From: a virus
Direction: 5' to 3' (one strand)
Length of the DNA stretch: 64,000 nt
IMG/VR virus record: IMGVR_UViG_3300044632_001319
Part shown: in pieces, positions 34,570 through 45,709 of the stretch
Position numbering within the stretch: position 1 is the first letter of the stretch
How the letters are laid out: every line of letters begins with the position of its first letter
Notes under the pieces: model-generated
The model's input: the letters and a program-made list of their open reading frames with translations, nothing else
What the model was told of the DNA's origin: nothing
Databases searched by the model: none
Program-made: the position numbers and the translations under genes

Positions 34570-37500
34570 TGGCTGACGATTTTAAAACATTAACAACAGT
34601 AAAAAACTCTCAACCAGCAACAGCATCACCTGGTGATGATTCTGTATCTTTTAATGGCAATCTAATTAAAACAACAGAATCAAGAATTCAAGAATTAACA
34701 ATAATCAAGGAAACCGATTCTGGATCTATAGATTTTAAGATTCTCCCATGGGACACAACGGTATCGGCAAGTTCGCCTTTATCATCGATTGGGTTTAAGG
34801 AATCATTATACAATGGTTGCATTTTCGGAAGCATAATTGTATTTGATATTAGAAATTGGATCGATGAATTGCTTTTCAATGGACAAGAGAAACTAAATAT
34901 CAAATTTAAAATAGGTAAGTCTGATAAGTTAATAGACATGACCTTTTTCATCTATGATGCGAAAAATATAACAGACTCTGCCAATCATCTGGAAACAATG
35001 CCAGGTAATGAGAAAGTCAGTCTTTGGGAACTTCAATTTGTGAGTTCCGAAATATTCTTACCAAACTACAACGAAACCCTAATACAAGACGACGAAGATT
35101 TCGTTGGTTACATTTCATCAAAAACTGATGAAAACAAATCACTAGTAAATGAAATATTTACAAAGTTCAATTTAAAGAAATACAAAGTCGATGATTCAAA
35201 GACTGGAGTTTGGTTAAAATTTGATCACGTTTCATATCCGTGGATGAAGCGAAAAGGTCAAATGAGAGTTCCACAGTTATTGAAATACCTTACAAACTAT
35301 GCATGGGACGGTGGTTCTGGTAAACTATACGCAGACTATTTCTGGTGGGAAGATAGAAATGGTTGGAGTTTTAGATCTGTCGGTAAGATGATTTCAGAAA
35401 ACTCAGAACCAGTAGATGGTTTTGCTGTTACCATTGACGAAACAAATCCAAATAGAATTTTTTCACTTCAAGTATTGAAAGAATATAATATTCAAAATTT
35501 ACTTGACAATGGTGCATTGTTCTCAAACTATACAAGAATAGACCCAAATTATAATAATCCATATTTGGATTTTATTGATACAAACGAATCATTGGTAACT
35601 GAAATAAATTATTACGATTACCATAAAGACTTTGAATTAACAACACTCATCGACAAATACAAACTAATACCTGATTCGTTTTCGACTGATCCGAAAACGA
35701 AAAATAGCAAGGCAAAACCATCTGCAAGGATGGACGATGACATCTATGGTTATTTTAATGAAAATTATCTGAATACACCAACACCCCAAGAATGGGATGT
35801 CTATGGTAAAACGCTCAGTGGTCCTTGGTCTACGAAAGCATGGCAACCTCAGTTTGATTCTACTGATTTAGAGTTTGATCAATTCAAGATAATACATGAA
35901 TCTATTCGCAAACCTCTAAAGATCAAAAGAGAGGAATATGCTAGAAAAAAGAATATAAAAAGAAAATGGGAAGTATATCGCTGCACGGTTTGCTGCCACG
36001 AACACGGTGCTTTAGGATCTACCGCAGATATTGCTCTATGGCAAAATCCTGGTCCACTAAACGGATCAACATATAATGCTTTGTTTGGTCCCACTGGAAT
36101 CTTTGCAGATATGGATCAATCATACAAGATTGCAGCAGCAGGATCTTTCACCGATCTAATCAACTACCAAGCAGGAAATACATTCTATGAAAGAGGACTC
36201 ACCTATTCATATGATTTGTCCAAGAGTCCATACAATCAATCTCTTGGACAATTTTTCAATCTTACAGGTCCAGAAGCACCATCTGCTTATGTCAAATATG
36301 TAATAAATCGTGCAACTAAACAATATGATATAATGATAACAAAGATAAACGAGAGAATTGCTGATCTGCAAGATTTCGTTTCAAATAGAGCACCACTTCA
36401 TAAAGAAATAGCAGACATAGTTTTTGAAAGTGTCTTGATTGATAAGAATTCTAATCTAACAAGACCTATAGATCTTTCGCAGGGATTCAAATATGTTGGC
36501 GATTCTATAGTTGGTGAAGTAGTTCCAGATTGGCCAATTAAACAACAAGAGTTTGGAATGGTTCCAGATACATCAATACCCACAGGCAAGGGTGTTGCTC
36601 AAGTTGTATTTGGTCAGCAAAATGCACAGAGAACAATTACATTTAAAGGACTTGAGGATTCTCAAGAAGATTATTGCGTTAGATGTAATGATCAAGGAAC
36701 TGGAATAGTCTGTGAACCAGTTACATATACACCACAAGGAAGACCAATTTGTTCTGGAGTTGTTTTGGGTGGTGGTTTAAACTGTGCAGATGTTAATATA
36801 ACAGTTGACGATTTAAATTGTAGACCACCAGCAGGAGAACCACGATACTGCTGCTTACGTCGCGATGCATCGCTTGCAGATCCTTTCAATCCTCAACCAT
36901 CTGTAAATTTTTGTACCGATCTTTTTGGATTACCACTGCCTGGAGAAGATCTTGATAATGAGTTTGCCTGTTACTCTTTTTTTGACCCCAGGTTCCGAGG
37001 ATCATTAGTTTCAGAATGCAGTATGTGTGCTCCATATAATCCAGATTTTGGTGGTGGTGGTTCGGGTGTTCGTGGACCCACTGGTCCACGTGGACCCACT
37101 GGACCAACTGGACCATCAGGATTGCCAACTGAGCAAGATGTACGATACATCTCACCACAATCATTCACAAATTGTTCGAACGATCCTGTTATAAGAGGTT
37201 ATATAAAATATACATCCTCAGCAAGTCAGCAATATAGTCCAATATATCTTTATGCAGCACCATATCTCTGGGATACAAATATAAAAGATTGGTCCTATAT
37301 TGATTATGGAACAGAAAGTGGTCTGATTCCATCCATAGTTGATTTTGAAATAAGACAAGAAACAATTAATTGTCTGCAATCTGGAAATTGCTACAACACA
37401 ACATGTTTAAGTTCGACAGCGATTGAAGTTCTTCGAAGAACTTGTGTTGCTGAAATACAAATACTTAAGGTAGAACTTAAACTATACGAGTATCTAAAAA

Positions 37501-39902
37501 ATAAGATTGTTGAAGAATATACATCAAAGTGGAACATAGCATATACCGAATGGTATAACAGAAATGCTTTCTTCTTCTCCAAACTACCAGGAAAATCAAT
37601 ATTCAAGTCTGAAGAAAAAGATACTGTTGGCACACCATTATCTCTCGACAATATCAAATCAATAACACGAAAAGAGATAAGAGGAAGCAGATACGAATTG
37701 TTATCTCGCTATGTTGGTATCACTGGTGCTTCTGCTGGAGAATGGTTACATTCAATATTCTTTGGTGGTAATAGTGGTTCAACATATCACCCATATTATG
37801 ATCAGGGTTATACTCGGGATGCTTATATAACATCTAGAGAACCACACGCATGGTTTAGTTTTGCGGATTCTGATGCCACGGACGATCCAACATTCTTTGT
37901 AGACAATAAACAATTTACAAATTATGGTCCAGTATATAAAGGCGAAGAATATGATGAATCTTCCGTTCTACACATAGGAACCAATGATTTATCAGATATT
38001 ACAAATATCGATAATAGAAGAATTAAAACCTATGGTAACGCACAATCCGATTTGAATACCGAAACCAATCTTTCAGATTTCAAAGATACATTTAATTTCT
38101 ACAATACGAATGGTAAAAAACCACCAAACCTAAAGAAAGAAGAAATATCTTCATATGTTCGCATAGAATTCCAAACCCCAATTGGTTTGGATAGAATTCG
38201 TGATTTTCCAAATGGGTTTATCAGAGATGCTGGTTCAGAGTATTTCTTACCATACATTGTAAATCTAACATCTGGTCCATTTGGAAGACAAGGTGTCAAA
38301 TATAATGTTGCGGTAATAGGAATGGATCCTTATGGGTTTGATGTTGCAGTCAAGAAGATAAAAGATGAACTGCCAACCAATCAAAAACTTTTAGGAATCG
38401 ATAAGGGTAATTATTATAATTGGTGGAACCACGATACAGGTTCTGTGTTGTCGAAGACCGATTATCTAACTTCAGATTACAATGGAATGGATCTCTGGCC
38501 AGAGGCAGGATTTGAAACAGATTATCCCTACTATGCATATGATGCATCACAAGAAGATCTACACGGTGGTGCATATGATTTAGATTATCATATGGGTGGT
38601 GGGTATTATTTCGAAAACGATTCACAAGATTGGATGGAATCGCTTCATCACTATGGTATGAGTTCGGGTAAGCAATTTGATCCACTTTACAGAACATCTG
38701 TTGTGGGATCATATATTCTACCAAACAGTTATAGAAAATTAAAACCACACAGATCTTGGTGGTCCTTGTTTGTTCCAAGAAATCTATTCATACCAATAAG
38801 ATTTGCAAATATGTTCAAAACTCCAAACACAAAGGCAAGAGATTTGTTTGGTGGAAAGGGAATATTTACAATTTCTCCAAACTATTGGAGAACCTGGTAT
38901 GGTAGCGAATTTGAAACTTGGTTAGAACTAGGAAAAGGAAATGCGATTAAAGATCTACTGGAAACCGAAGCACCAGATCTATCTTTCTTTGTAGATACCC
39001 CAGAAGACAAAACATCTATTTCTCCATACAACACAAATCTGAATGGATATTTTAGAGAATCGCTGATGCACTACCTTGCAGGAAATTATATTCTGTATAG
39101 ACCATCACTGGTATCCACTGAGTTGTGGAAATATGATTTAAGTGGTGAATCAGATTATGGTCTAATAACACCACCAGTTGATACTGAGTATGAAATGTTT
39201 GATCGCAATTTTGCACTACAGTTCACCGTATTTGCCAGAAACACTCGCAAATGTGAGGATATTGGTCTTAAGTGTGCAAACCCACAGGCACTACTCAAAG
39301 GACTGGTACAATCTGCGGGTGGTTGCACAGCAGACCCATATTGCAATTGTCCAGCAAAAGAGTTGATGCCAACTGAACAAGAACCCACATATCTTGAACT
39401 TCACAGATTATATCAAGAAATAAACGAATGTTCTCTTATAGAAGAAAATCTTGATTCTTCTTGGTTAGGTTGTGAATGGGCAGATCCAAATTCATCTTGC
39501 AGTTGCAACTGCCCAGAACAAGGAATTAATTTTAAGAAATACCTAGAATATAACAGAACATATTCTACTTTCTGGAATGTCCCAAATAAATTCCCACTGG
39601 TGAGAATTGCTCAACTTAGACAATTGGATTCTCAGAAAATTAAAATAAGAATAGCACCAAATGATAAGATTCAAATTGGTTCTATAGTCGAAATAATCAA
39701 CGAAAACGAATTGCCAGAAGAAACAGTGAACAAATATAAGAAGATATCAGGAAGATGGTTAGTCTCAGAGATAGATCATTTAATGCCAGGTACTATTGGT
39801 TACATAATGACCGTAACACTTGTAAGAAACAGTCTACATTATAATCCAAACGAATCTCAAGCACCAAAAGCAGTATTTGGTAAACAAGATAGAGAAGAAT
39901 AA
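34569..39902 (+). CDS. Very large baseplate hub protein, gp27-like ends with large insertions
   Basis: N-terminal ESLY...G.I...D...L..NGQE.L.I.F and FWWEDRNGWSFRSV; C-terminal G..V......SGRWLV..I.H; Cys-rich and collagen-like inserts. Confidence 0.65.
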   Translation: MADDFKTLTTVKNSQPATASPGDDSVSFNGNLIKTTESRIQELTIIKETDSGSIDFKILPWDTTVSASSPLSSIGFKESLYNGCIFGSIIVFDIRNWIDELLFNGQEKLNIKFKIGKSDKLIDMTFFIYDAKNITDSANHLETMPGNEKVSLWELQFVSSEIFLPNYNETLIQDDEDFVGYISSKTDENKSLVNEIFTKFNLKKYKVDDSKTGVWLKFDHVSYPWMKRKGQMRVPQLLKYLTNYAWDGGSGKLYADYFWWEDRNGWSFRSVGKMISENSEPVDGFAVTIDETNPNRIFSLQVLKEYNIQNLLDNGALFSNYTRIDPNYNNPYLDFIDTNESLVTEINYYDYHKDFELTTLIDKYKLIPDSFSTDPKTKNSKAKPSARMDDDIYGYFNENYLNTPTPQEWDVYGKTLSGPWSTKAWQPQFDSTDLEFDQFKIIHESIRKPLKIKREEYARKKNIKRKWEVYRCTVCCHEHGALGSTADIALWQNPGPLNGSTYNALFGPTGIFADMDQSYKIAAAGSFTDLINYQAGNTFYERGLTYSYDLSKSPYNQSLGQFFNLTGPEAPSAYVKYVINRATKQYDIMITKINERIADLQDFVSNRAPLHKEIADIVFESVLIDKNSNLTRPIDLSQGFKYVGDSIVGEVVPDWPIKQQEFGMVPDTSIPTGKGVAQVVFGQQNAQRTITFKGLEDSQEDYCVRCNDQGTGIVCEPVTYTPQGRPICSGVVLGGGLNCADVNITVDDLNCRPPAGEPRYCCLRRDASLADPFNPQPSVNFCTDLFGLPLPGEDLDNEFACYSFFDPRFRGSLVSECSMCAPYNPDFGGGGSGVRGPTGPRGPTGPTGPSGLPTEQDVRYISPQSFTNCSNDPVIRGYIKYTSSASQQYSPIYLYAAPYLWDTNIKDWSYIDYGTESGLIPSIVDFEIRQETINCLQSGNCYNTTCLSSTAIEVLRRTCVAEIQILKVELKLYEYLKNKIVEEYTSKWNIAYTEWYNRNAFFFSKLPGKSIFKSEEKDTVGTPLSLDNIKSITRKEIRGSRYELLSRYVGITGASAGEWLHSIFFGGNSGSTYHPYYDQGYTRDAYITSREPHAWFSFADSDATDDPTFFVDNKQFTNYGPVYKGEEYDESSVLHIGTNDLSDITNIDNRRIKTYGNAQSDLNTETNLSDFKDTFNFYNTNGKKPPNLKKEEISSYVRIEFQTPIGLDRIRDFPNGFIRDAGSEYFLPYIVNLTSGPFGRQGVKYNVAVIGMDPYGFDVAVKKIKDELPTNQKLLGIDKGNYYNWWNHDTGSVLSKTDYLTSDYNGMDLWPEAGFETDYPYYAYDASQEDLHGGAYDLDYHMGGGYYFENDSQDWMESLHHYGMSSGKQFDPLYRTSVVGSYILPNSYRKLKPHRSWWSLFVPRNLFIPIRFANMFKTPNTKARDLFGGKGIFTISPNYWRTWYGSEFETWLELGKGNAIKDLLETEAPDLSFFVDTPEDKTSISPYNTNLNGYFRESLMHYLAGNYILYRPSLVSTELWKYDLSGESDYGLITPPVDTEYEMFDRNFALQFTVFARNTRKCEDIGLKCANPQALLKGLVQSAGGCTADPYCNCPAKELMPTEQEPTYLELHRLYQEINECSLIEENLDSSWLGCEWADPNSSCSCNCPEQGINFKKYLEYNRTYSTFWNVPNKFPLVRIAQLRQLDSQKIKIRIAPNDKIQIGSIVEIINENELPEETVNKYKKISGRWLVSEIDHLMPGTIGYIMTVTLVRNSLHYNPNESQAPKAVFGKQDREE

Positions 39903-39910
39903 ATAATAAT

Positions 39911-40306
39911 ATGCTAAAACGAAATATAAGTTACGCAGACATACCATTCTTCATCAGTAAAAATCCATTTACTGGGGATTTGAATTTGACCCGCGACTTG
40001 AACGCAATTCGTCAATCGATAAAGAATATCATCATGACGAATGTCGGAGAACGAGGGTTTGATTATAAATTTGGATGCAATATCTATGATTATTTGTTTG
40101 AAAATTTTACCATCGATATGGTTGTCAGGGTACAAGCAATAATTGCTGGTAATATTCAAAGATACGAAGGTAACAGAGTTGGGATAAATGATATCAAAAT
40201 TATTGATAATTCTCCTGCAAATGAAATAAATATAGTTGTGGATTATAATATTCCTGATGCTGGTATTTCTGACATAATCAACGTAAGCATAGCAAGGACC
40301 AGGTAA
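39911..40306 (+). CDS. gp25: Baseplate wedge gp25-like
   Basis: NPFTGDL...D.NAIRQSIKNII.T..GER.F...FG..I...LFE. Confidence 0.92.
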   Translation: MLKRNISYADIPFFISKNPFTGDLNLTRDLNAIRQSIKNIIMTNVGERGFDYKFGCNIYDYLFENFTIDMVVRVQAIIAGNIQRYEGNRVGINDIKIIDNSPANEINIVVDYNIPDAGISDIINVSIARTR

Positions 40307-42081
40307 TGGCAAACACACCAACAACATTAGGAAATCTAGAATTCTCACAAATAAAAAATAGTCTAACTGACTATTTGAGAAATCAATCTACCTTTAGTGG
40401 ATATAATTTCGAAGGAAGTGCTATTCAAACCATAATAGATCTTCTTGCATATAACACATTCTACTATGCGTACTATGCAAACATGATCAATGCTGAGGCA
40501 TTTCTTGACAGTGCACAAAAAGAAGATTCCATAATTTCTCTATGCAAACCACTGGGGTATACTGTTCCTGCAAGAACCGCAGCAAGAGCAACAGTCACTG
40601 TAAATCAAGCAGCTGCATTTTCAGGCATAACTGCTGGAACATTGTTTGCATCCAAAGATGAAAATGGTGTTGCTTTTAACTTTTATAACTTAGACTATGT
40701 ACCACTAACCGATGGAACGAGTCAAGAAATTTCAATATACGAAGCATCAGCATATGTTAATTTTGATGCAATTCCCACCTTTGACTATGCAAATCAAAAA
40801 ATAACAATTGTCAGTGATGATTTCGATTTAAATTCCATTAAGGTCACTGTTACTGAGCAGATTGACGAATTAACACAACTTACCACGGATTGGGTCAGAC
40901 AACAAAATGTCGGATATGTTTCACAGATAAACGATAACATTTATTTTGTCGAGAGAACATCCACTGGATTTTCTATATTGTTTGGAACACCAAATTCTCT
41001 AGGAAGATCAATCGACACAACAATGAGTAGTGTTATTGTTCGGTATCTCAAGACGAACGGATCTTTAGGAAATGGTCTTTCATCATTTTCTTGCCCAGCA
41101 CTTTCTGGTTCTACAGTATTAACCGTATCTGCTTCACAAGGTGGTAGAAACAAACCAGATCTAGATTCAATTAGATTTGTTGCTCCAAAGTATTTTGCAT
41201 CACAAGAAAGAGCAGTCACCGTTAATGATTACAAGGCATTGCTTATCGAAGCAGGATATTTTGCAAATGATACAGAATTCAATGTGTTTGGTGGTCAAGA
41301 TTTAACTCCTGCAAGATTTGGAAGAGTTTTCATTACTACGAACAATCCACTAAGTGATTCTGTAATCGATGAATTGATTAATTTCCTAAAAGAAAGAAGT
41401 ATAGTTACGGTATTACCAGAATATGTTACTTCTAATACATTAAGAGTCGGTGTTGATTTGTTCTACAGTCTTGGTGCATCTACGCAAAACATTGCATCAA
41501 ATAGATTGCTAAGTACACAATATGTAACTGCACTGTTCAATCAATATTATGCTGCAAATAGAAAATATAATGTAAATTTCAGTGCTTCAGACTTCATAAC
41601 ATCTTTGCAGACAAATACAAATACAATTGTCAAGACTTTAAGAATATCCCCAGACAACTTTACCATATATGCAAACGAACCACTTGCTCCAGGTAAAGAT
41701 TACACATTTAATTTAAACAATGAACTACATCTTCCACTATCTTCGCCAACACCAGTAACTGATCAATTCAGTTCTGAATTGCCTGGAATATCAACTTCAA
41801 CTACTGGAAAGAAAGCAGTTCTGAAAATGTTTGCAACTACACTTGCAAATAAAAATAGTCAATTGAATCTACAGTTGTGGGCAGTAGATACGGATGGAAC
41901 AGAAACACAGGTATCTGGAACAACCTATGGAACTTTCATTGCCAACAAAGGTGTGATTATAATTCCATCTGGAGTTATAAATTCTCAAACAAATCTCAAG
42001 GCAGAATTCAAAAACAAAAGCGTTATTATAGGACTGAATAATCTAGTCACACTAACGGTAAACAACGTAACGGTAGTATAA
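40306..42081 (+). CDS. gp6: Baseplate wedge gp6-like
   Basis: L.F..IK..L..YL..Q..F..YNFEGS....IDLLAYNT.Y, SIRF.AP..FASQ.RAVT..DY. Confidence 0.93.
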   Translation: MANTPTTLGNLEFSQIKNSLTDYLRNQSTFSGYNFEGSAIQTIIDLLAYNTFYYAYYANMINAEAFLDSAQKEDSIISLCKPLGYTVPARTAARATVTVNQAAAFSGITAGTLFASKDENGVAFNFYNLDYVPLTDGTSQEISIYEASAYVNFDAIPTFDYANQKITIVSDDFDLNSIKVTVTEQIDELTQLTTDWVRQQNVGYVSQINDNIYFVERTSTGFSILFGTPNSLGRSIDTTMSSVIVRYLKTNGSLGNGLSSFSCPALSGSTVLTVSASQGGRNKPDLDSIRFVAPKYFASQERAVTVNDYKALLIEAGYFANDTEFNVFGGQDLTPARFGRVFITTNNPLSDSVIDELINFLKERSIVTVLPEYVTSNTLRVGVDLFYSLGASTQNIASNRLLSTQYVTALFNQYYAANRKYNVNFSASDFITSLQTNTNTIVKTLRISPDNFTIYANEPLAPGKDYTFNLNNELHLPLSSPTPVTDQFSSELPGISTSTTGKKAVLKMFATTLANKNSQLNLQLWAVDTDGTETQVSGTTYGTFIANKGVIIIPSGVINSQTNLKAEFKNKSVIIGLNNLVTLTVNNVTVV

Positions 42082-43214
42082 TGTTATCGATAATTCTAAA
42101 CAGTCAAGAAGAAACCGCAAGATCATCGCTTGCCGAACTAAGCACTGCAATAAGTGATCTGAATTCTACATTGTTTAACACTTCTGATTGTGGTGTAAAT
42201 TATGACATTGCGAATCAAATACCGCTATGGATCATCTACGAAAAGCAAGACCGAATCGACGCGGGAAACAGTGGTCTTTCTATATTTGATTTCATTCAAA
42301 AATATTATAATTGGTTATACTGCGATAATATCGATGGTGCAGGATATGAACTGAATACCAATCTAATTGATTTGATTGATGTCGAAAAAACCAGAACCGC
42401 ATTCCTCGAAAGATTGTCACAGATTTATGTTGATGGGTTTGACCTTGCAGGATTGCAACACAATGGTGGGTTGATTACTAGTGAAAATTTAGTGAAGTTC
42501 ATCAAAAACATTCGTAGAACCTTTTACCATAAAAAAACAACCGAAGATGGTATTCGTTACTTCTTCAAAACACTGTTTGGTGTTGAAAACGAAGATGTAA
42601 AAATAGAAACGCCAAAGAAAAATATATTAAGACTCAACGGTGGTAGATTTTATAATGAAGACTTTTCTTTCCCAGGCAGAACTGGTGCATATGACTTACT
42701 TGGAGCACTGAGTGGAAGTTATCTTAATGGATCCAGGATGCAAGATGGAAATTGGATCCAAGATTGGTCATATTTACTTAGTGTCGGTGTAATAGCAACA
42801 GAATATAAACAATCATATCTGAATATAGCACACCCTGCTGGAATAAAAATTGTATTTGAAAAGACCCTTGCAGATTATCAGGGTCCAACATTTGATGAAA
42901 CAAATCCATTTGTATGTGAACTTCCTATTTTATCAAACTACGCACCATATGGTATTTCGTTTGATTACCGTGGATCGACTGCGGGAATCTATGTTACATG
43001 GACGGGTGTAAGTGGAATTACATTTGTGGGATTAACTGCAAATACTGGTTGCGGTCCTGGGTATACTGGATTTACTGGACCAACATACCTGTTCCCAAAC
43101 TGGACATCTCAAACCAATGTATTTAATTTTAAGGATCTATATATTGGTACGATGTTGGAATTATGCTACCCAGCAGATCTAGGTTCTCCAAACGCAGGTT
43201 CACAATGCTCTTAA
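42081..43214 (+). CDS. gp7: Baseplate wedge gp7-like (short)
   Basis: F.QKYY.WL, IKNIR.FY..K.T......FFK.LFG, QD...QDWSY, HPAG. Confidence 0.75.
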   Translation: MLSIILNSQEETARSSLAELSTAISDLNSTLFNTSDCGVNYDIANQIPLWIIYEKQDRIDAGNSGLSIFDFIQKYYNWLYCDNIDGAGYELNTNLIDLIDVEKTRTAFLERLSQIYVDGFDLAGLQHNGGLITSENLVKFIKNIRRTFYHKKTTEDGIRYFFKTLFGVENEDVKIETPKKNILRLNGGRFYNEDFSFPGRTGAYDLLGALSGSYLNGSRMQDGNWIQDWSYLLSVGVIATEYKQSYLNIAHPAGIKIVFEKTLADYQGPTFDETNPFVCELPILSNYAPYGISFDYRGSTAGIYVTWTGVSGITFVGLTANTGCGPGYTGFTGPTYLFPNWTSQTNVFNFKDLYIGTMLELCYPADLGSPNAGSQCS

Positions 43215-43230
43215 CTAAACTGGAACAAAA

Positions 43231-44985
43231 ATGAGTATCAAAAGTCAAAATGTTAAAAAGTTTATAACAGACACTGGAACGAGCAAACAATTGTTTGTAT
43301 TCGTCGGTGCTGACACCAAAAATACCACATCGGATTCATCACAAACAGAAATTGACATATGGAATGATTCTGATTTTTCACTCAGGGTTGGTCAGAATAG
43401 TTTAAGTGCTGTTGTACAAAATATAAAATGGGTACAGAAAAATGCATATGTTCCATGGTCTGCAACAACACAAAACGTTGGTAACTTTTACGCATACAAT
43501 GAACAAAACGGATATGTGTATCTTTGCGTCTCAGATAATGCAAAAAATACAATAAACCAAAATAAAAACATTTCAAACATAAGACCATCACACATAACTG
43601 GTATACAGTCATATTCTGATGGTTATTCTTGGTTAACCCTTTACAGAATCACAGCATCGCACGAAAGATTCATATCATCCCAATGGATTCCTGTTTTTTC
43701 TTTTGATACCTTTGATGCATCAGATCAACAAACACAACTGCAAAAAACACAATCCTTTTGTAATAGCAATACTGGAGAAACTGGTCAATGTGGAATATAT
43801 GCCAAGATTCCACTTAGCACAGACGACGATGACGGAACAATAGAATACCAAAAGGGTAATTTATTTACCGTGGCACAAAATATCACATGCAGTGATTGTC
43901 ATTATTTGATGTATAATGATGAAAAGTTTGTTTCAAAATTCTATTCTAACTCAACTACTGTACCAAGTACAATAACAATTAATGGTACATACGAAGAGGT
44001 TGGAAATTTAATACAATTAAATCAAATTTCAACTGCATCTCCATATTATTACCTATACAATATAAACGAAACAAATAATCTGGACGAAGGGTGTATTATA
44101 TCAGCATTTGTTGACCTAACAGGGTTATCGAACACTCAACTAATTACAAATACACTCAATCCATCTATTACAATTGTAAGCAATACTGGTTCTGGTGCTT
44201 CATTAAGATTCACAACTTCAATATACAACGATTCGTATGTAGTAGATGGCATAGAAGTTATCTCTAGAGGATCGAACTATAAAGATTATAGATTGTCAGT
44301 CAATAATAATAACTTTTTAGGAATATCTGGTGATACACTATTAAATAAGATAAGATTAAATCTAGATAAAATCGACCACATCGGAGTTGATCCTATAAGT
44401 GTTCTGGGATCCCAACATGTGATGATCGATGCTAGAATTGAAAAACAAAATATAGTTAATTCTGGAATAGGATTACCAACAAATGTGAATTTCTTCGGAC
44501 TTGTGGAAAACCCACTTGGAATATCTGGATCGACACAAGTAATTTCTGGTTCGAATATTAACAAGAAACTAGATTCAATTTTTAGAACCACGATAAAGGC
44601 AGAGGCATCTGTTGTAGGATCTCCGTCGTTGCTTCCAGAAACAGATGAAAAATATGATACCTCACCATCGGTAGGCGATGAAGATCCATTGACCGATGTG
44701 ATAATTGGTGGAGTATCTGACGTTGTAGGTGGATCACCATCTACATCCACAATCGAAATCAAAAATGTTCCATATTCAAAATCTACATCTTTAGTTGGAT
44801 CAGAACTTATAGGACCAATCGGAGAGAGTCCAAAAGTAGGAACAGTAATAAACACAATAGTAGAAGTTCCATCATTCGTACAATATACTGGAAATATTCT
44901 TTCAACAACTAAACTGAGTTCTAACTTGCCAGTATCGGATGTAGATTCAGTTATTATCCGTATAAATATGGTCAGAGGAATGTAA
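43231..44985 (+). CDS. gp8: Baseplate wedge gp8-like
   Basis: VYLCVSDN, PSH.TG....DGY.W..LY.I, F....WIPV; follows gp7. Confidence 0.8.
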   Translation: MSIKSQNVKKFITDTGTSKQLFVFVGADTKNTTSDSSQTEIDIWNDSDFSLRVGQNSLSAVVQNIKWVQKNAYVPWSATTQNVGNFYAYNEQNGYVYLCVSDNAKNTINQNKNISNIRPSHITGIQSYSDGYSWLTLYRITASHERFISSQWIPVFSFDTFDASDQQTQLQKTQSFCNSNTGETGQCGIYAKIPLSTDDDDGTIEYQKGNLFTVAQNITCSDCHYLMYNDEKFVSKFYSNSTTVPSTITINGTYEEVGNLIQLNQISTASPYYYLYNINETNNLDEGCIISAFVDLTGLSNTQLITNTLNPSITIVSNTGSGASLRFTTSIYNDSYVVDGIEVISRGSNYKDYRLSVNNNNFLGISGDTLLNKIRLNLDKIDHIGVDPISVLGSQHVMIDARIEKQNIVNSGIGLPTNVNFFGLVENPLGISGSTQVISGSNINKKLDSIFRTTIKAEASVVGSPSLLPETDEKYDTSPSVGDEDPLTDVIIGGVSDVVGGSPSTSTIEIKNVPYSKSTSLVGSELIGPIGESPKVGTVINTIVEVPSFVQYTGNILSTTKLSSNLPVSDVDSVIIRINMVRGM

Positions 44986-45695
44986 TGAAAACACCATTTG
45001 GAACAAATTTACCATTATCTGAAGCACCATATTACAGTAGGATATCCAATCAGACTGATAATGGTAAGAATTATTACTTGACAGCATTCAATCCTGGTTA
45101 TGCACTACAAGCATCAGAACTAAACGAATTACAAGAAATATTTTTTGTAAATCAAAATCTTTCTCAGAGAACGAATGCAAACTGGTCTAATGCTGGATAC
45201 AAAATTCCATTTTGGGAAGGTTGCATTCCATTAAATCCAAGTTCTGTATCAATATCACAGGTAGCAACTGCAAATAGTTCATCTACATTTACAGTCACCT
45301 TAGCAAATGATTGGTATCTTTGGACAGAAAAAACATCAAAGATGAGTTTCTGGATTTACAATAATTTATCAACAACATCATTCTCCTTTACGACAACCAG
45401 CGGTGTTGGTCCTACTGAATATGTTGGATTTACTGTAACGAACGAATTAATTGATTGTTGTCAGGCAGCAAATTGTGACGTTAATCAAGATTCTACACTA
45501 CGAGACAATTCAAACGGATTATCTGACACATATTATACATGTGGTGCTTCTAGAAAGAAAGCATCAATCACCAATGCTATAATCTTGTCAGCAACAACAT
45601 CCTCAACATTCTTCCCATTATTTAATGTAACGCTTACTAATAGCACAACAGCATCATTTAAATTCATGGATAACCAAGAAATAATTATAAACTGA
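44985..45695 (+). CDS. Virion protein with DUF4815/VrlC-like N-terminus
   Basis: APYY...FNPGYALQASELNELQ motif. Confidence 0.7.
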   Translation: MKTPFGTNLPLSEAPYYSRISNQTDNGKNYYLTAFNPGYALQASELNELQEIFFVNQNLSQRTNANWSNAGYKIPFWEGCIPLNPSSVSISQVATANSSSTFTVTLANDWYLWTEKTSKMSFWIYNNLSTTSFSFTTTSGVGPTEYVGFTVTNELIDCCQAANCDVNQDSTLRDNSNGLSDTYYTCGASRKKASITNAIILSATTSSTFFPLFNVTLTNSTTASFKFMDNQEIIIN

Positions 45696-45709
45696 TTTAG
45701 GATAATTAA

